A stretch of DNA of 63,613 nt, counting the filler, from Octopus bimaculoides (Eukaryota): NCBI RefSeq assembly GCF_001194135.2. It is 6 parts of 6 records of this genome, joined end to end, with 100 filler letters (N's around TTAATTAATTAA, not from the genome) between each part and the next. Parts side by side here need not be neighbours in the genome. Positions count along the whole stretch, not along the records: positions 14,075 to 38,175 come from NC_068984.1; positions 38,276 to 44,255 come from NC_069010.1; positions 44,356 to 54,613 come from NC_068981.1; 3 more parts are not named here. One strand, given 5' to 3'. The position numbers and the translations under genes are program-made. Numbering within the stretch: the stretch's first letter is position 1; the number at the start of each line of letters is the position of its first letter. Of the stretch, positions 37,935 through 49,200 are shown piece after piece. The notes under the pieces are model-generated. The model worked only from the letters and a program-made list of their open reading frames with translations. It had not been told where the DNA came from and searched no databases.

Positions 37935-38175
37935 ATCATCATCATCATCATCATCATCGTTTAACGTCCGCTTTCCATGCTAGCATGGGTTGGACGATTT
38001 GACTGAGGACTGGTGAAACCGGATGGCAACACCAAGCTCCAATCTAATTTGGCAGAGTTTCTACAGCTGGATGCCCTTCCTAACGCCAACCACTCAGAGA
38101 GTGTAGTGGGTGCTTTTACATGTCACCCGCACGAAAACGGCCACGCTCGAAATGGTGTCTTTTATGTGCCACCCG
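37935..38175 (-). mobile_element. Family E, young copy, truncated by linker
   Basis: catcatcgtttaacgtccgctttccatgctagcatgggttggacg. Confidence 0.85.
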
Positions 38176-38275
38176 NNNNNNNNNNNNNNNNNNNNNNNNN
38201 NNNNNNNNNNNNNNNNNNNTTAATTAATTAANNNNNNNNNNNNNNNNNNNNNNNNNNNNNNNNNNNNNNNNNNNN
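38176..38275. other. Artificial scaffold-join linker
   Basis: 44 N + TTAATTAATTAA (38220-38231) + 44 N. Confidence 0.97.
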
Positions 38276-38414
38276 GATCCTATGACCGCGAGTCCGCTGT
38301 TCTAACCACTGGGCCTTTGCGCCTCCACAGTATAGAATTATGTGGTGCAGTAACATCAAAGGAAGGTTAACCTGGATGATAGTTTTTTTTGTGCGGCAGA
38401 TGCACAAGGGCAAT

Positions 38415-38840
38415 AAACACTGAAGATGTTCAGAAAACAGATTCCATCACATGCCAGGGGTAGAAACTAGAAGTAGTTGATAACTTCTGATACCTAGGTG
38501 ACCAAGTCTGTAGTGGGGTGGGGGTGGGGTGCTCTGACAGCATTGCCACGAGAATAAGAATAGCCTGGGCAAAGTTCAGAAAGCTCCTACCTCTGCTGGT
38601 AACAAAGGGCCTCTCGCTCAGAGTGAAAGGCAGATTGTACGATGCATGTGTGCATACTGCCATGCTTCACAGCAGTGAAACACGGGCCATGGCTGTCGAG
38701 GACATACGTAGGCATGAAAGATAGAAAGCTAGTATTATCCATTGGATGTGAAATGTCAGTGTGCACACGTGACAGGGTGCAAGCGCCCTGAGAGAAATGT
38801 TGGACAGAAGAAGCATCAGATGTGGTGTGCAAGAGAGACA
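38415..38840 (+). mobile_element. RTE-clade LINE ORF fragment (C-terminal RT region)
   Basis: LEVVDNF*YLGDQV...GCSDSIATRIRIAWAKFRKLLPLLVTKGLSLRVKGRLYDACVHTAMLHSSET (canonical RTE F.YLG and LY..CV...MLYGSETW motifs). Confidence 0.9.
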
Positions 38841-38842
38841 TC

Positions 38843-39175
38843 TCTGATCATGAGCAGGAGTATTTGGGGAGCAGCGTAGCTATGTGTTGAGAGGGAGTTT
38901 TCAGTGTTTGAATAATTCATTCTGAAAACATGGTCGTTTTATTTATCATCTTTAAACAAACCTTATTCAGGGACCTTTTTGAGTGGGGTGGGCTACTCAA
39001 TCTGAAGAAACTTCTAACTAGGGCCCCACCTGCAAAGTCATGGGCTGTTTATCTGGATATAAGGTCACCATGTTGCTCACATATGATTGTAATGCATATA
39101 CCTGGTGTACCCTTATCAGACATGTAGTCATGATGGGTACACTGGGCTTTGAATAGTTGTACCCAGCGTCACTTA
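38843..39175. mobile_element. Family D, partial, opposite orientation to the other copies
   Basis: Reverse complement of part of 27678-28235. Confidence 0.8.
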
Positions 39176-39596
39176 TATAGCATGCTGTCAATTTCAAAGT
39201 ATGAGTGTTTGAAGGAAAGGATTTAGAAAAATAAAAAGTTAAAAAAAAAACAGCGATAAAGAAAAAGCAACTTTAAAATAAATGAAGCTGCATCTATTTG
39301 CGATGGATGTGTGGTTGTAATTTGAGTCCAGGTATGGATTTTGCTATGAAGTTATTGTTTAGAATTTATTCATGTTTGTAGAACTTTGAAAGCAGGTGCG
39401 AGTATTTGGGTGGGTTCCTTTGGTATGGGATGTGTCAATAGCTTTAGTTATGTTTGGTTTTATATGTTTGATAATGTAAAGGTCAGAGGTTCAAAGTTTA
39501 GTCCAGTATTTAAATATATATATATACATACCCCCCCCCCCCNNNNNNNNNNNNNNNNNNNNNNNNNNNNNNNNATATATATATATATATATATAG

Positions 39597-39734
39597 AAGT
39601 GGCTGTGTGGTAAGTACCTTGCTTACCAACCACAGGGTTTAGTCCCATTGCATGGCACCTTGGGCAACTGTCTTCTACTATAGCCTCAGGCCTTGTGAGT
39701 GGAATTGGTTGATGGAAACTGAAAGAAGCCCATC

Positions 39735-39774
<40 letters not shown>

Positions 39775-40255
39775 ATATATTTGTTAAAGAAGACAACAAA
39801 CACTAAAGCAAGACAAACATCTTAAATCATATACATTATTATTATTAAAAAATTTTAAGTTTTACAGCTGTTTCTCGGAGTTATGGAACTGTTGCAGATT
39901 TCCGATATAGTGGATATATATTTGTTAAATCTACAATGTTTCCATAACTCCTGTCTCGGCTATGAGCTTGGAGCCCTGGTAAGCTGTTACAGCACTTATC
40001 CAACGTACCTGGTCGTTTAGATCACCTGTGAACTAAACCCCCATATTTTATATATATATATGTATATGTTTGTGCATTTGTGTTTGACCCTCTCCCCTCC
40101 CCACCATCACTTGACAACTGATGTTGGCGTGTTTATGTCCCTGTAGCTTAGCGGTTCGGCAAAAGAGACCGATAGAGTAAGTACTAGGCTTACAAAGAAT
40201 AAGTCCTGGGTTCGATTTGTTCGACTAAAGGCGGTGCTCCAGCATGGCCGCAGTC
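39597..40255 (+). mobile_element. SINE family A split by a ~280-bp insertion in its (TA)n
   Basis: 5' half 39597-39770, 3' half 40060-40255. Confidence 0.85.
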
Positions 40256-40605
40256 AAATGACTGGAACAAATAAAATACTACTACTTCAAAGGGGTGGTC
40301 ATAATCCAGGCTGTGTCTTCGTGATGCATGTCTACGTGTACCCAGTAATCCAGTGGTTGTATATAGATGTTTTATTTTAAATGAGGCATACATAGCAATT
40401 GAAATTTCTGGTGAATTCTATTTGCAGAGTAAATTACACATCAATACAAAAGACAACCACAAAGGATTATGGACAGCAGATTCTCTCCATGTCTTTTTCT
40501 ACGCCTGTACCTTTGTAACTCCTGTCCTATAATGAAACCTGTGTAACATAGAATTAAAAACATACAAATTTTTTCCCAGTCTTTACTTTCAATGTATGTG
40601 CACAC

Positions 40606-40641
<36 letters not shown>

Positions 40642-40699
40642 TCTCTTTCTCTTTTGAATTTAGAATACATTTTGACTGGCCACCTAACTTGCAGCTTTT

Positions 40700-41213
40700 T
40701 ATAGTCGCACTAAACTCCACTTGCGAAGACCTGTTGAGGCAAGTGAAATCAAACTAAATTCGACGACTGGCACCCATGCCAATGTCGTCTCCCTCATTGG
40801 ACACGAAACTCAGCTTGCGAAGACTTATTGGGGTAAGCGAAAGCGAAATTGTGATGGCACCTGTGCCCAGCGTCGCCTTTCTGGCACTTGTGCCCGCGGC
40901 ATGTGTAAGGACTTTCGAGCGAGATCGTTGCCAGTGCCCCTGGACTGGCTCTTGTGCGTGTGGCACATAAAATACACCATTTTGAGCGTGGCCATTACCA
41001 GTACCGCCTGACTGGCCTTTGTGCCGGTGACACGTAAAAGCACCCACTACACGCTCTGAGTGGTTGGCGTTAGGAAGGGCATCCAGCTGTAGAAACTCTG
41101 CCAGATCAGATTGGAGCCTGGTGTAGCCATCTGGTTTCACCAGTCCTCAGTCAAATCGTCCAACCCATGCTAGCATGGAAAGCGGACGTTAAACAACGAT
41201 GATGATGATGATG
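40700..41213 (+). mobile_element. Family E long copy (RTE 3'UTR-like) with (GAT)n tail
   Basis: Ends gcatggaaagcggacgttaaacaacgatgatgatg. Confidence 0.85.
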
Positions 41214-41350
41214 AAATATTCAAGATCATTTGTAGCATTAAGGATTTTCATTTTCTCCCCGAGAATCCAAGTTCAGCCATACTTTGCTCCAGACAGGTTG
41301 GTATATATATCCTGTTATTCCAATAATGTATGTATGCGTTCGCTTTCTCT

Positions 41351-41958
41351 TTTTAATTACCTCTGCCTTAGCGATAGCGGAAGTGTTGTTTTCAGTCATG
41401 TTTGTTTGTGTTTGTCCATGGACAAGATATCTCAAGAACCACTGGATGAATTCAGATGAAACTTTCAGGGATCTTTGGCCTCATGACTGGCACGAACTGA
41501 TTAGATTGATCCGGTACTGGACAAGGATTCTGGATGATTTTTCCTGTTTTTCTTTTTACTTAATTTTTGAGAGGGGTCGATTCCTTTTTAATATTCTTGT
41601 TTGTGAGAGTTCTTTCTTCTCTTCTTGCCTTTAACCCTCCAACGCGGAGTATAGGCCACTTATAATTGAATTCCATGTCGCATAATTTCTCGCTTCTGTA
41701 CTTATACTCAGCCACGAATGTCCCCCTTTCTCTAGTTCCTTTTGTGTTGATCTACGCCACGAGTTCTTAGGCCTACCCCTCTTTCTATATCCATCCGGAT
41801 TCCACTGTAAACCACTTTTCGCTGCATTCGGTGTGTCCTTTCTAATTGTGCTACCAATCCACTTCCAGTTTTTCTTAAATATTTGTTCTCTAATCAAAAC
41901 TTGATTCATTCTTTGCCATAGCTCCATATTGCTTGTGTTCAGGCCATCTGATTTTAAG

Positions 41959-42034
<76 letters not shown>

Positions 42035-42159
42035 TAAGTTTGTGAGAGCGGTCGAGTTTATTTCAGATATTCTCATTTTAAAAATCATCTTTGGCTAATC
42101 GTTGAGAGGACGTTGGCGTTGCCTTGGCGGAGGTTTGCGCTCTCTGAGGGCTCTTGTTT
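41351..42159 (+). mobile_element. Non-autonomous Helentron/DINE-like element interrupted by an RTE fragment
   Basis: 5' ttttaattacctctgcc, gtttgtttgt tract, gatgaaactt motif, 3' ggcggaggt (subterminal inverted repeat) followed by hairpin gcgctctctgagggc and a T-rich end. Confidence 0.6.
41610..41960 (-). mobile_element. RTE-clade LINE 3' fragment with 11-bp TSD
   Basis: SNMELWQRMNQVLIREQIFKKNWKWIGSTIRK...LQWNPDGYRKRGRPKNSWRR...; TSD gtttgtgagag at 41599-41609 and 42038-42048. Confidence 0.85.
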
Positions 42160-42529
42160 AGAATAAATTTTGAATGGCCAACTTCTTGGTAGCAAGACTG
42201 TGAAAGAAAACATTTTGTTTTGTTCATCATCATCCTTTAAATCTTCAGAAGGTTTTGCAGATTCTTATTGTCCCCAGATTTCATGGTCATCTTTAGTGTA
42301 TAAATTAAGGGTTTGCATTCTCTCTCCAAGAACCCAAGCTCAGCCTTACTTTGCTTATGTGTGTTTTTTGCGTTTGTCTCCCGCCACCACTTGTCAACTG
42401 GTGTTGGTTTGTTTACATCCTCTTAATGGAACAGTTTAACCCTAACTCTAATCCCAACCCTAATCCTAATCCAGATCAACTCATTTAACAGCAAAGACTA
42501 TGGATACTGCTGTAGACCACTCACAAAGT

Positions 42530-42690
42530 AGCACACCTGTAACTTAGCAGTTTGGCAAAACAAGACTAATAGAATAAGTATTAGGCTTTAAAAATAAGTC
42601 CTGATGGTAGATTTGTTTGACTAATAAAACTTTTCGAGGTAGTGCCCCAGCATGGCCACAGTCAGATCACTGAAAGAAGTAAAAGACTGA
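42530..42690 (+). mobile_element. SINE family A, 3' part
   Basis: gtaacttagcagtttggcaaaacaagactaatagaataagta. Confidence 0.75.
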
Positions 42691-42719
42691 GAGATAAAAA
42701 AAAAAAACAATCATGATAT

Positions 42720-42884
42720 GGCGCAGGAGTGGCTGTGTGGTAAGTAGCTTGCTTACCAACCACATGGTTCTGGGTTCAGTCCCACTGCGTGGCATCTTGG
42801 GCAAGTGTCTTCTACTATAGCCTCGGGCCGACCAAAGCCTTGTGAGTGGATTTGGTAGATGGAAACTGAAAGAAGCCCATCGTA

Positions 42885-42921
<37 letters not shown>

Positions 42922-44040
42922 TGGTTGTCTACNNNNNNNNNNNNNNNNNNNNNNNNNNNNNNNNNNNNNNNNNNNNNNNNNNNNNNNNNNNNNNNNNNNN
43001 NNNNNNNNNNNNNNNNNNNNNNNNNNNNNNNNNNNNNNNNNNNNNNNNNNNNNNNNNNNNNNNNNNNNNNNNNNNNNNNNNNNNNNNNNNNNNNNNNNNN
43101 NNNNNNNNNNNNNNNNNNNNNNNNNNNNNNNNNNNNNNNNNNNNNNNNNNNNNNNNNNNNNNNNNNNNNNNNNNNNNNNNNNNNNNNNNNNNNNNNNNNN
43201 NNNNNNNNNNNNNNNNNNNNNNNNNNNNNNNNNNNNNNNNNNNNNNNNNNNNNNNNNNNNNNNNNNNNNNNNNNNNNNNNNNNNNNNNNNNNNNNNNNNN
43301 NNNNNNNNNNNNNNNNNNNNNNNNNNNNNNNNNNNNNNNNNNNNNNNNNNNNNNNNNNNNNNNNNNNNNNNNNNNNNNNNNNNNNNNNNNNNNNNNNNNN
43401 NNNNNNNNNNNNNNNNNNNNNNNNNNNNNNNNNNNNNNNNNNNNNNNNNNNNNNNNNNNNNNNNNNNNNNNNNNNCTTCTCAGTCTTCACCTTTTTCCTT
43501 AAATGTCTCTTGAGCCCTGCTTGCATCATCCTGGCCTCTTCAAATGCTTTCACTCCACTCCACACCCTTGTTCGCCATCCAACTCGATCTGAAGCGAGGA
43601 CTTCTATATCTTTTGGAGCCATTCCAATTGACTTCATAGCAGTCCTTATGCCATCCTTAAACCTTTTTTTAGGTTTATGCCGATAACGTTTCCCCTCTGC
43701 AAGCTCACCATAAAACAGCTGTTTCGGCATGCGTTCATCTGCCATTCGAACAATATGGCCACACCATCTCAATTGGTTCCTCAAAATCATGGCTTTAATA
43801 TATATGTGTGTGTGTGTGTGCATATATATTTGTGTCTGTGTTTGTCCCCCCACCATCGCTTGACAACCGATGGTGGTGTGTTTACGTCCCCGTAACTTAG
43901 CGGTTCGGCAAAAAGTGACCGATAGAGTAAGTGCTAGGCTTCCAAAGAATAAGTCCTGGGGTTGATTTGCTCGACTAAAAAGGCAGTGCTCCAGCATGGC
44001 TGCAGTCAAATGACCGAAACCAGTAAAAGAGTAAAGAGTA
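42720..44040 (+). mobile_element. SINE family A split by an antisense RTE insertion in its (TA)n
   Basis: 5' half 42720-42918, 3' half 43800-44040. Confidence 0.85.
42919..43795 (-). mobile_element. RTE (BovB/RTE-X-like) LINE 3' fragment, partly in gap
   Basis: AMILRNQLRWCGHIVRMADERMPKQLFYGELAEGKRYRHKPKKRFKDGIRTAMKSIGM...EVLASDRVGWRTRVWSGVKAFEEAR (43476-43795). Confidence 0.9.
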
Positions 44041-44165
44041 TAATACACCAGATCACAATGGCAATTAACAATTGATATAATGACTTTACATGTAAACGTG
44101 GTGGTGGTGATGATGATGGTGGTGGTGGTAGTGGTGATGGGTGGTGATGGAGATGGTGTGGTGGG

Positions 44166-44202
<37 letters not shown>

Positions 44203-44255
44203 GGAGGAGGTGGAGATAATGGTTGTGGTGCTGATGATGATGGTGGTAGTGGTGA

Positions 44256-44355
44256 NNNNNNNNNNNNNNNNNNNNNNNNNNNNNNNNNNNNNNNNNNNNT
44301 TAATTAATTAANNNNNNNNNNNNNNNNNNNNNNNNNNNNNNNNNNNNNNNNNNNN
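44256..44355. other. Artificial scaffold-join linker
   Basis: 44 N + TTAATTAATTAA (44300-44311) + 44 N. Confidence 0.97.
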
Positions 44356-44564
44356 GCCGACTTTGCTTTCATTCCTTTTGGATCGATAAAATAAAGCACT
44401 GCTGAAGTATTGGGCTCAATGTAATCAACTCCCCCACCCTGAAATTTCTATCCTTGAACCCTGCAACGGGTTGGCGTCCTGCTCAGAGAGAATGTTAAGA
44501 TCTCGGTCACTTACACGCCATGAAAACCGAGTAACAAATCCCTTGAATCTTAAGGCTTATTCTA

Positions 44565-44685
44565 TCTTATTCTATCGGTCTCTTTTGCCAAACCGCTAAG
44601 TTACGGGGCCGTAAACACACCAGCATCGGGCTTCTTTCAGTTTCCGTCTACCAAATCCACTCACAAGGCTTTGGTCGGCCCGAGT
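44565..44685 (-). mobile_element. SINE family A fragment with the central microsatellite deleted
   Basis: aaacacaccagcatcgggcttctttcagtttccgtc joins the two halves directly. Confidence 0.75.
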
Positions 44686-45363
44686 GATACAATTCTTACA
44701 AACTAGTATCTTACAAACAGGTCACCCATGTGAACTTCAATCCTGCATAATTTGATGTCACACTGGGAGTCAAGCTGGGTTGCGCACTGGGAGTCAAGCA
44801 GGGCTGCGACGTTATTTTCTCTCTTTCTCTCAGCAATGCTCGAGAAAGGAATTTGAAAACACAACTGCAATTGTAAACACATAGGAAAAGCCCTGCTAGA
44901 AGTTTTAAAATTCAAAGCTAAGGCCAAAACTACAATTGCCTGTTCACAATCGTCTATTCACAATTGCTTAGTAGTATGAGAAATCAAGTTAGATCTCGAC
45001 TGAGACAGAAATGACGAGGCTAAACGTGATATATAAAGCCCAAACTATTTCACGTGTGCTTGTGGTCTTTATACGGACAAGCAACATCAATTATCGACGG
45101 TCTCTATGACTATAGAACAATAGTATAATACTAAAATGTAATGCGTAGACTGGAACCTTACAACTAATATTTTGTCAAATGGAAGTTAATTTAGTCTTCA
45201 AAGCCTCTAGTTATTCGAATAATTCAACTATTTACATATAAACGGTGGAATTTCTCTTTTCTTTATCTTGGATTTTTTTCCCGTTCGGTTCATTGCTTGA
45301 AGTTAGTAAATGCTATAACAGAGATTATTCTAATTACCGTTCTGTCATCACAACATTTACTTC

Positions 45364-45445
45364 TGCCGCCATTGGCAAATCTGCAATTACAGCGAAGATG
45401 GCGATCACACTGTCCAAGATGGTGATTATACTGTCCAAAGTATCG
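45364..45445 (+). promoter_or_regulatory. Cluster of YY1-like motifs in CpG-retaining unique DNA
   Basis: gccgccatt (45365-45373), aagatggcg (45395-45403), aagatggtg (45416-45424); 21-bp tandem duplication. Confidence 0.2.
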
Positions 45446-45599
45446 CTTTAAGAAAGAAAGAAAAACAAAAAAGAAAAGACAAAACAAAAACAAGAAAAAA
45501 ACTCGGTTATTTACGAGTTAATGAAACCAACTCAATGACCGGAAATAAAGATCCAAAGGTGACGGAAATTATTATGTATTATTATTGCGTGAGTGATTA

Positions 45600-45742
45600 G
45601 CTACAATATATAATACATACATAATACATACATACATACATATTTATACATATAAGTAAATATATGTATGTATGCATGCATATATATGTATATCTATATA
45701 TCTATATATATGTATATATATATATATGTATATATATATGTA

Positions 45743-45796
<54 letters not shown>

Positions 45797-46275
45797 AATC
45801 ATACACGTACATATTAACAAATATGTATATATACATATATGTGTGTGTATATATTTTGCATGTAAATATTTGTGCGTATGAGTGTATGTGTATGTAGTAA
45901 ACATACGCACGCATATATAATATATATATAACATATATATGTATACACATACACGAATATACATACACAGCCACACACTTATACTCATATATTTACACAC
46001 TCACACGCTCACGCACGCGTGCACACACACACACATTACAGTTCAAGAAGAAAGGTAAACTCAACAAGCAGTTGGGAAGCAGAGCTAAGGAAGTAATAAA
46101 CTTACGAAGCCGCTTCCTCTCTGTCTCTCTCTCTATATACACACGCACACACACACACACACACACACGCACACACACACACACACACGCACACACACAC
46201 ACACGCACAGACACATATATGCATATATTATATGTATATCTGTCTGTCTGCCTGTCTGTCTATCTGTCTATCTGC

Positions 46276-46323
<48 letters not shown>

Positions 46324-46370
46324 ATGTATGTATGTATGTATGTATGTATGTATGTATGTATGTATGTATG

Positions 46371-46414
<44 letters not shown>

Positions 46415-46460
46415 AATCTGTCTGTTTGTCAGTCTATCTATCTATGCATGTATGTATATA
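45600..46460. repeat. Compound microsatellite block (TA, CA, TCTG, TATG, TCTA)
   Basis: Directly visible. Confidence 0.95.
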
Positions 46461-46809
46461 TGTTTATGTATCTCTTTGCGATAATAACCTATATAAATGA
46501 TGGTTCTTGGCGTCATTTCTTCACTCACATCGTATGGAGACAGAGATAGATAAATAAATAGATTGATATATAGAGAGACAGTAAAAGAGAGATACATAGT
46601 CTGAGAGCGGTTAGATGAGGGGCAGGGTGAGTGTACATACTTGGTTTGATGGCAGGCAATGAGTAAAAGAACGCTAGACAATAAAAGAAAAGGAGTCACA
46701 GAGTTAGAGGAATAAGAGGAGCAGAAGAATGTGGAGGAGACAGAATAAATGACAGAGTACTTGGCTGTGGCTGAAAAAGGCTCTCCAATAATTAATATTT
46801 ATTGCAATG

Positions 46810-47337
46810 AATATTTGGTGCTTCTTTGGCGTGTGATCTACAACTTCAAGGGCGATTACTTTAGGTTAGAGTTTAGTTTCTTTATGTTGCAAAACTCGCG
46901 GCTTCCAAACTTGTGTGATCTACGCGCTTATTCTTGGTTTCTTCTTATTCTTTACTAAGACATAAATGAAACATGGTATTATTATTATTATTATTAAAAT
47001 AGTAAGAATTTTGAAAAAAATACATTTACAATGTTAAGTATGTACAAAAGAATTTATTGTGAAAAAATCTGTAGCCAACATGTTAAGTCTTTTTAGACAT
47101 TGAAAAGTAAACTAAAAAGTAACCTAAAACAATTGCCCTTTAAATTGTAGATCACACGCCAAAGTAGGCGCAGGAGTGGCTGTGTGGTAAGTAGCTTGCT
47201 TACCAACCACATGGTTCCGGGTTCATTCCCACTGCGTGGCACCTTCGGCAAGTGTCTTTTACTATAGCCTCGGGCCGACCAAAGCCTTGTGAGTGGATTT
47301 CGTAGACGGAAACTGAAAGAAGCCCGTCGTATATATG

Positions 47338-47384
<47 letters not shown>

Positions 47385-47840
47385 NNNNNNNNNNNNNNNN
47401 NNNNNNNNNNNNNNNNNNNNNNNNNNNNNNNNNNNNNNNNNNNNNNNNNNNNNNNNNNNNNNNNNNNNNNNNNNNNNNNNNNNNNNNNNNNNNNNNNNNN
47501 NNNNNNNNNNNNNNNNNNNNNNNNNNNNNNNNNNNNNATATATATGTATGTGTGTACCTGTGTTTGTCCCCCCAACATCGCTTGACAACCGATGCTAGTG
47601 TGTTTACATCCCCGTAACTTAGCGGTTCGGCAAAAGAGACCGATAGAATAAGTACTAGGTTTATAAAGAATAAGTCCTGGGGTCGATTTGCTCGACTAAA
47701 GGCGGTGCTCCAGCATGGCCGCAGTCAAAATGACTGAAACAAGTAAAAGAGTAAAAGAGTATTGAAAAGTAAACTAAAAAGTAACCTAAAATAATTGGCC
47801 CTTAAATTGTAGATCACACACCAAAGTAGTACCGAATATT
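46810..47840. mobile_element. MITE-like element with ~70-bp imperfect TIRs; right TIR interrupted by a SINE
   Basis: 46810-46879 is the imperfect reverse complement of aaactaaaaagtaacctaaa...gatcacacgccaaagtag(taccgaatatt). Confidence 0.6.
47168..47760 (+). mobile_element. SINE family A, young, flanked by 69-bp direct repeats
   Basis: 47099-47167 versus 47761-47829, 4 mismatches in 69 bp. Confidence 0.9.
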
Positions 47841-47984
47841 TTTTAGACGCTTTTCAAGTAAGCTGTTCGTAAGTAGAGTAAATTTTTTGTTCGTATGGAT
47901 TACTAGGGTAATCGTCGTCTTAAGAAATTGTAGCAAACTGTTCGAAATGAATATATCATACAACACTACATTTTCTATAATAAT

Positions 47985-49200
47985 ATTGATTTCAAATGTT
48001 GGCACAAGGCCAGCAAGTTCGGTGGAGGGTACTAGTTGATTACATCGACTCCAGTGCTTAACTGGTACTAATTTTATCGACTCTGAAAGGATGAAAGGCA
48101 AAGTAGGTCATGGCGGAATTCGAACTCAGAACGTGAAAACGGGTGAAATGCGCTAAGCATAATGATAATATTGATGCACTTAATAATGATATCAATAATA
48201 ATATTGATACACTCAAAGTGGTGAGCCGGCAGAATCGTTACCGCGCCGGGTAAATTGTTGGGGTCGACTTTACCTTTAATCATTTTGAAGTCGATAAAAT
48301 AAGTACCAGATAAATATTGGGGTCGATGTAACCGACTTATCAAACCCTGTTATTGCTGATCTTGTGCAAAAATTTGAAACCAATATTGGTACATTGGAAA
48401 TATGACATACATACAATTATTTATAATTTAACTTCTTTCAAATTACCCAAGGTGGCAAACGGATGCTTTCAAATGTACCCGCCTTATGACGGGTAATATA
48501 GAATAAATGTTTCAAAAATTGAAACAAAGTCAGTAGTTTTAAGGAGAGTGGGTTAATTAATTACATCAACTCCAGTGCTCAGCGGGGTCTTATTTTGTTG
48601 ACCTCGAAAGGATGAAAGGCAGAGTCGCTATTGGTGGAATTTGAACGCAGAACGTAAAAAGCCGAAAGAAATGCTGCCAAGCATTTGGTCTGATGTGCTG
48701 ACGACTCTTCCATATCCCCGTCATAAAACACTTTCTAATTTTGACACAAGGCCAGCAATTTTGAGGGCAATGCTAAGTCGATAACCTCGACCCCAGTAAT
48801 CAACTGGTAATTTTCTTTTATCGACCCTGAAAGGATGAAAGATGAAGTTGATTTGGGCGTTTCTTTTTTTAAACTCAGAATATCAAGAACCGGAAGAAAT
48901 ACCTCTAAGCATTTTGTTCGGCATGCTAACGGTTCCGCCAGATTGCCGCCTTTGTTTTGAAAATACTATTCTTTGTACAATAAGCACAAGACATGAGAAT
49001 TTTAGGAGAAGTGGGAAGGAGGGGGACTATTCAATTACATCGATCCAAGTGCGCAACTGGTATTTATTGATTCCGAAAGGTGAAAAGCAAAGTCGATTTT
49101 GGAGGCATTTGCGCTCAGAATGTGAAGTGTGAAGAACCGGAAATAAAAAAATGCCGCTAAGCATTTTGTTGAACGCAATAACGATCCTGCCATCTCGCTG
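47985..49200. mobile_element. Cluster of 5 SINE family B copies (4 minus, 1 plus)
   Basis: Repeated gaaaggatgaaaggcaaagtcga...tttgaactcagaac cores. Confidence 0.85.

Noticed and set aside
42435-42475. Degenerate (CCCTAA)n telomere-like repeats
   Set aside because: Only about 5 imperfect units; common in repeat interiors and no evidence of a telomere fusion
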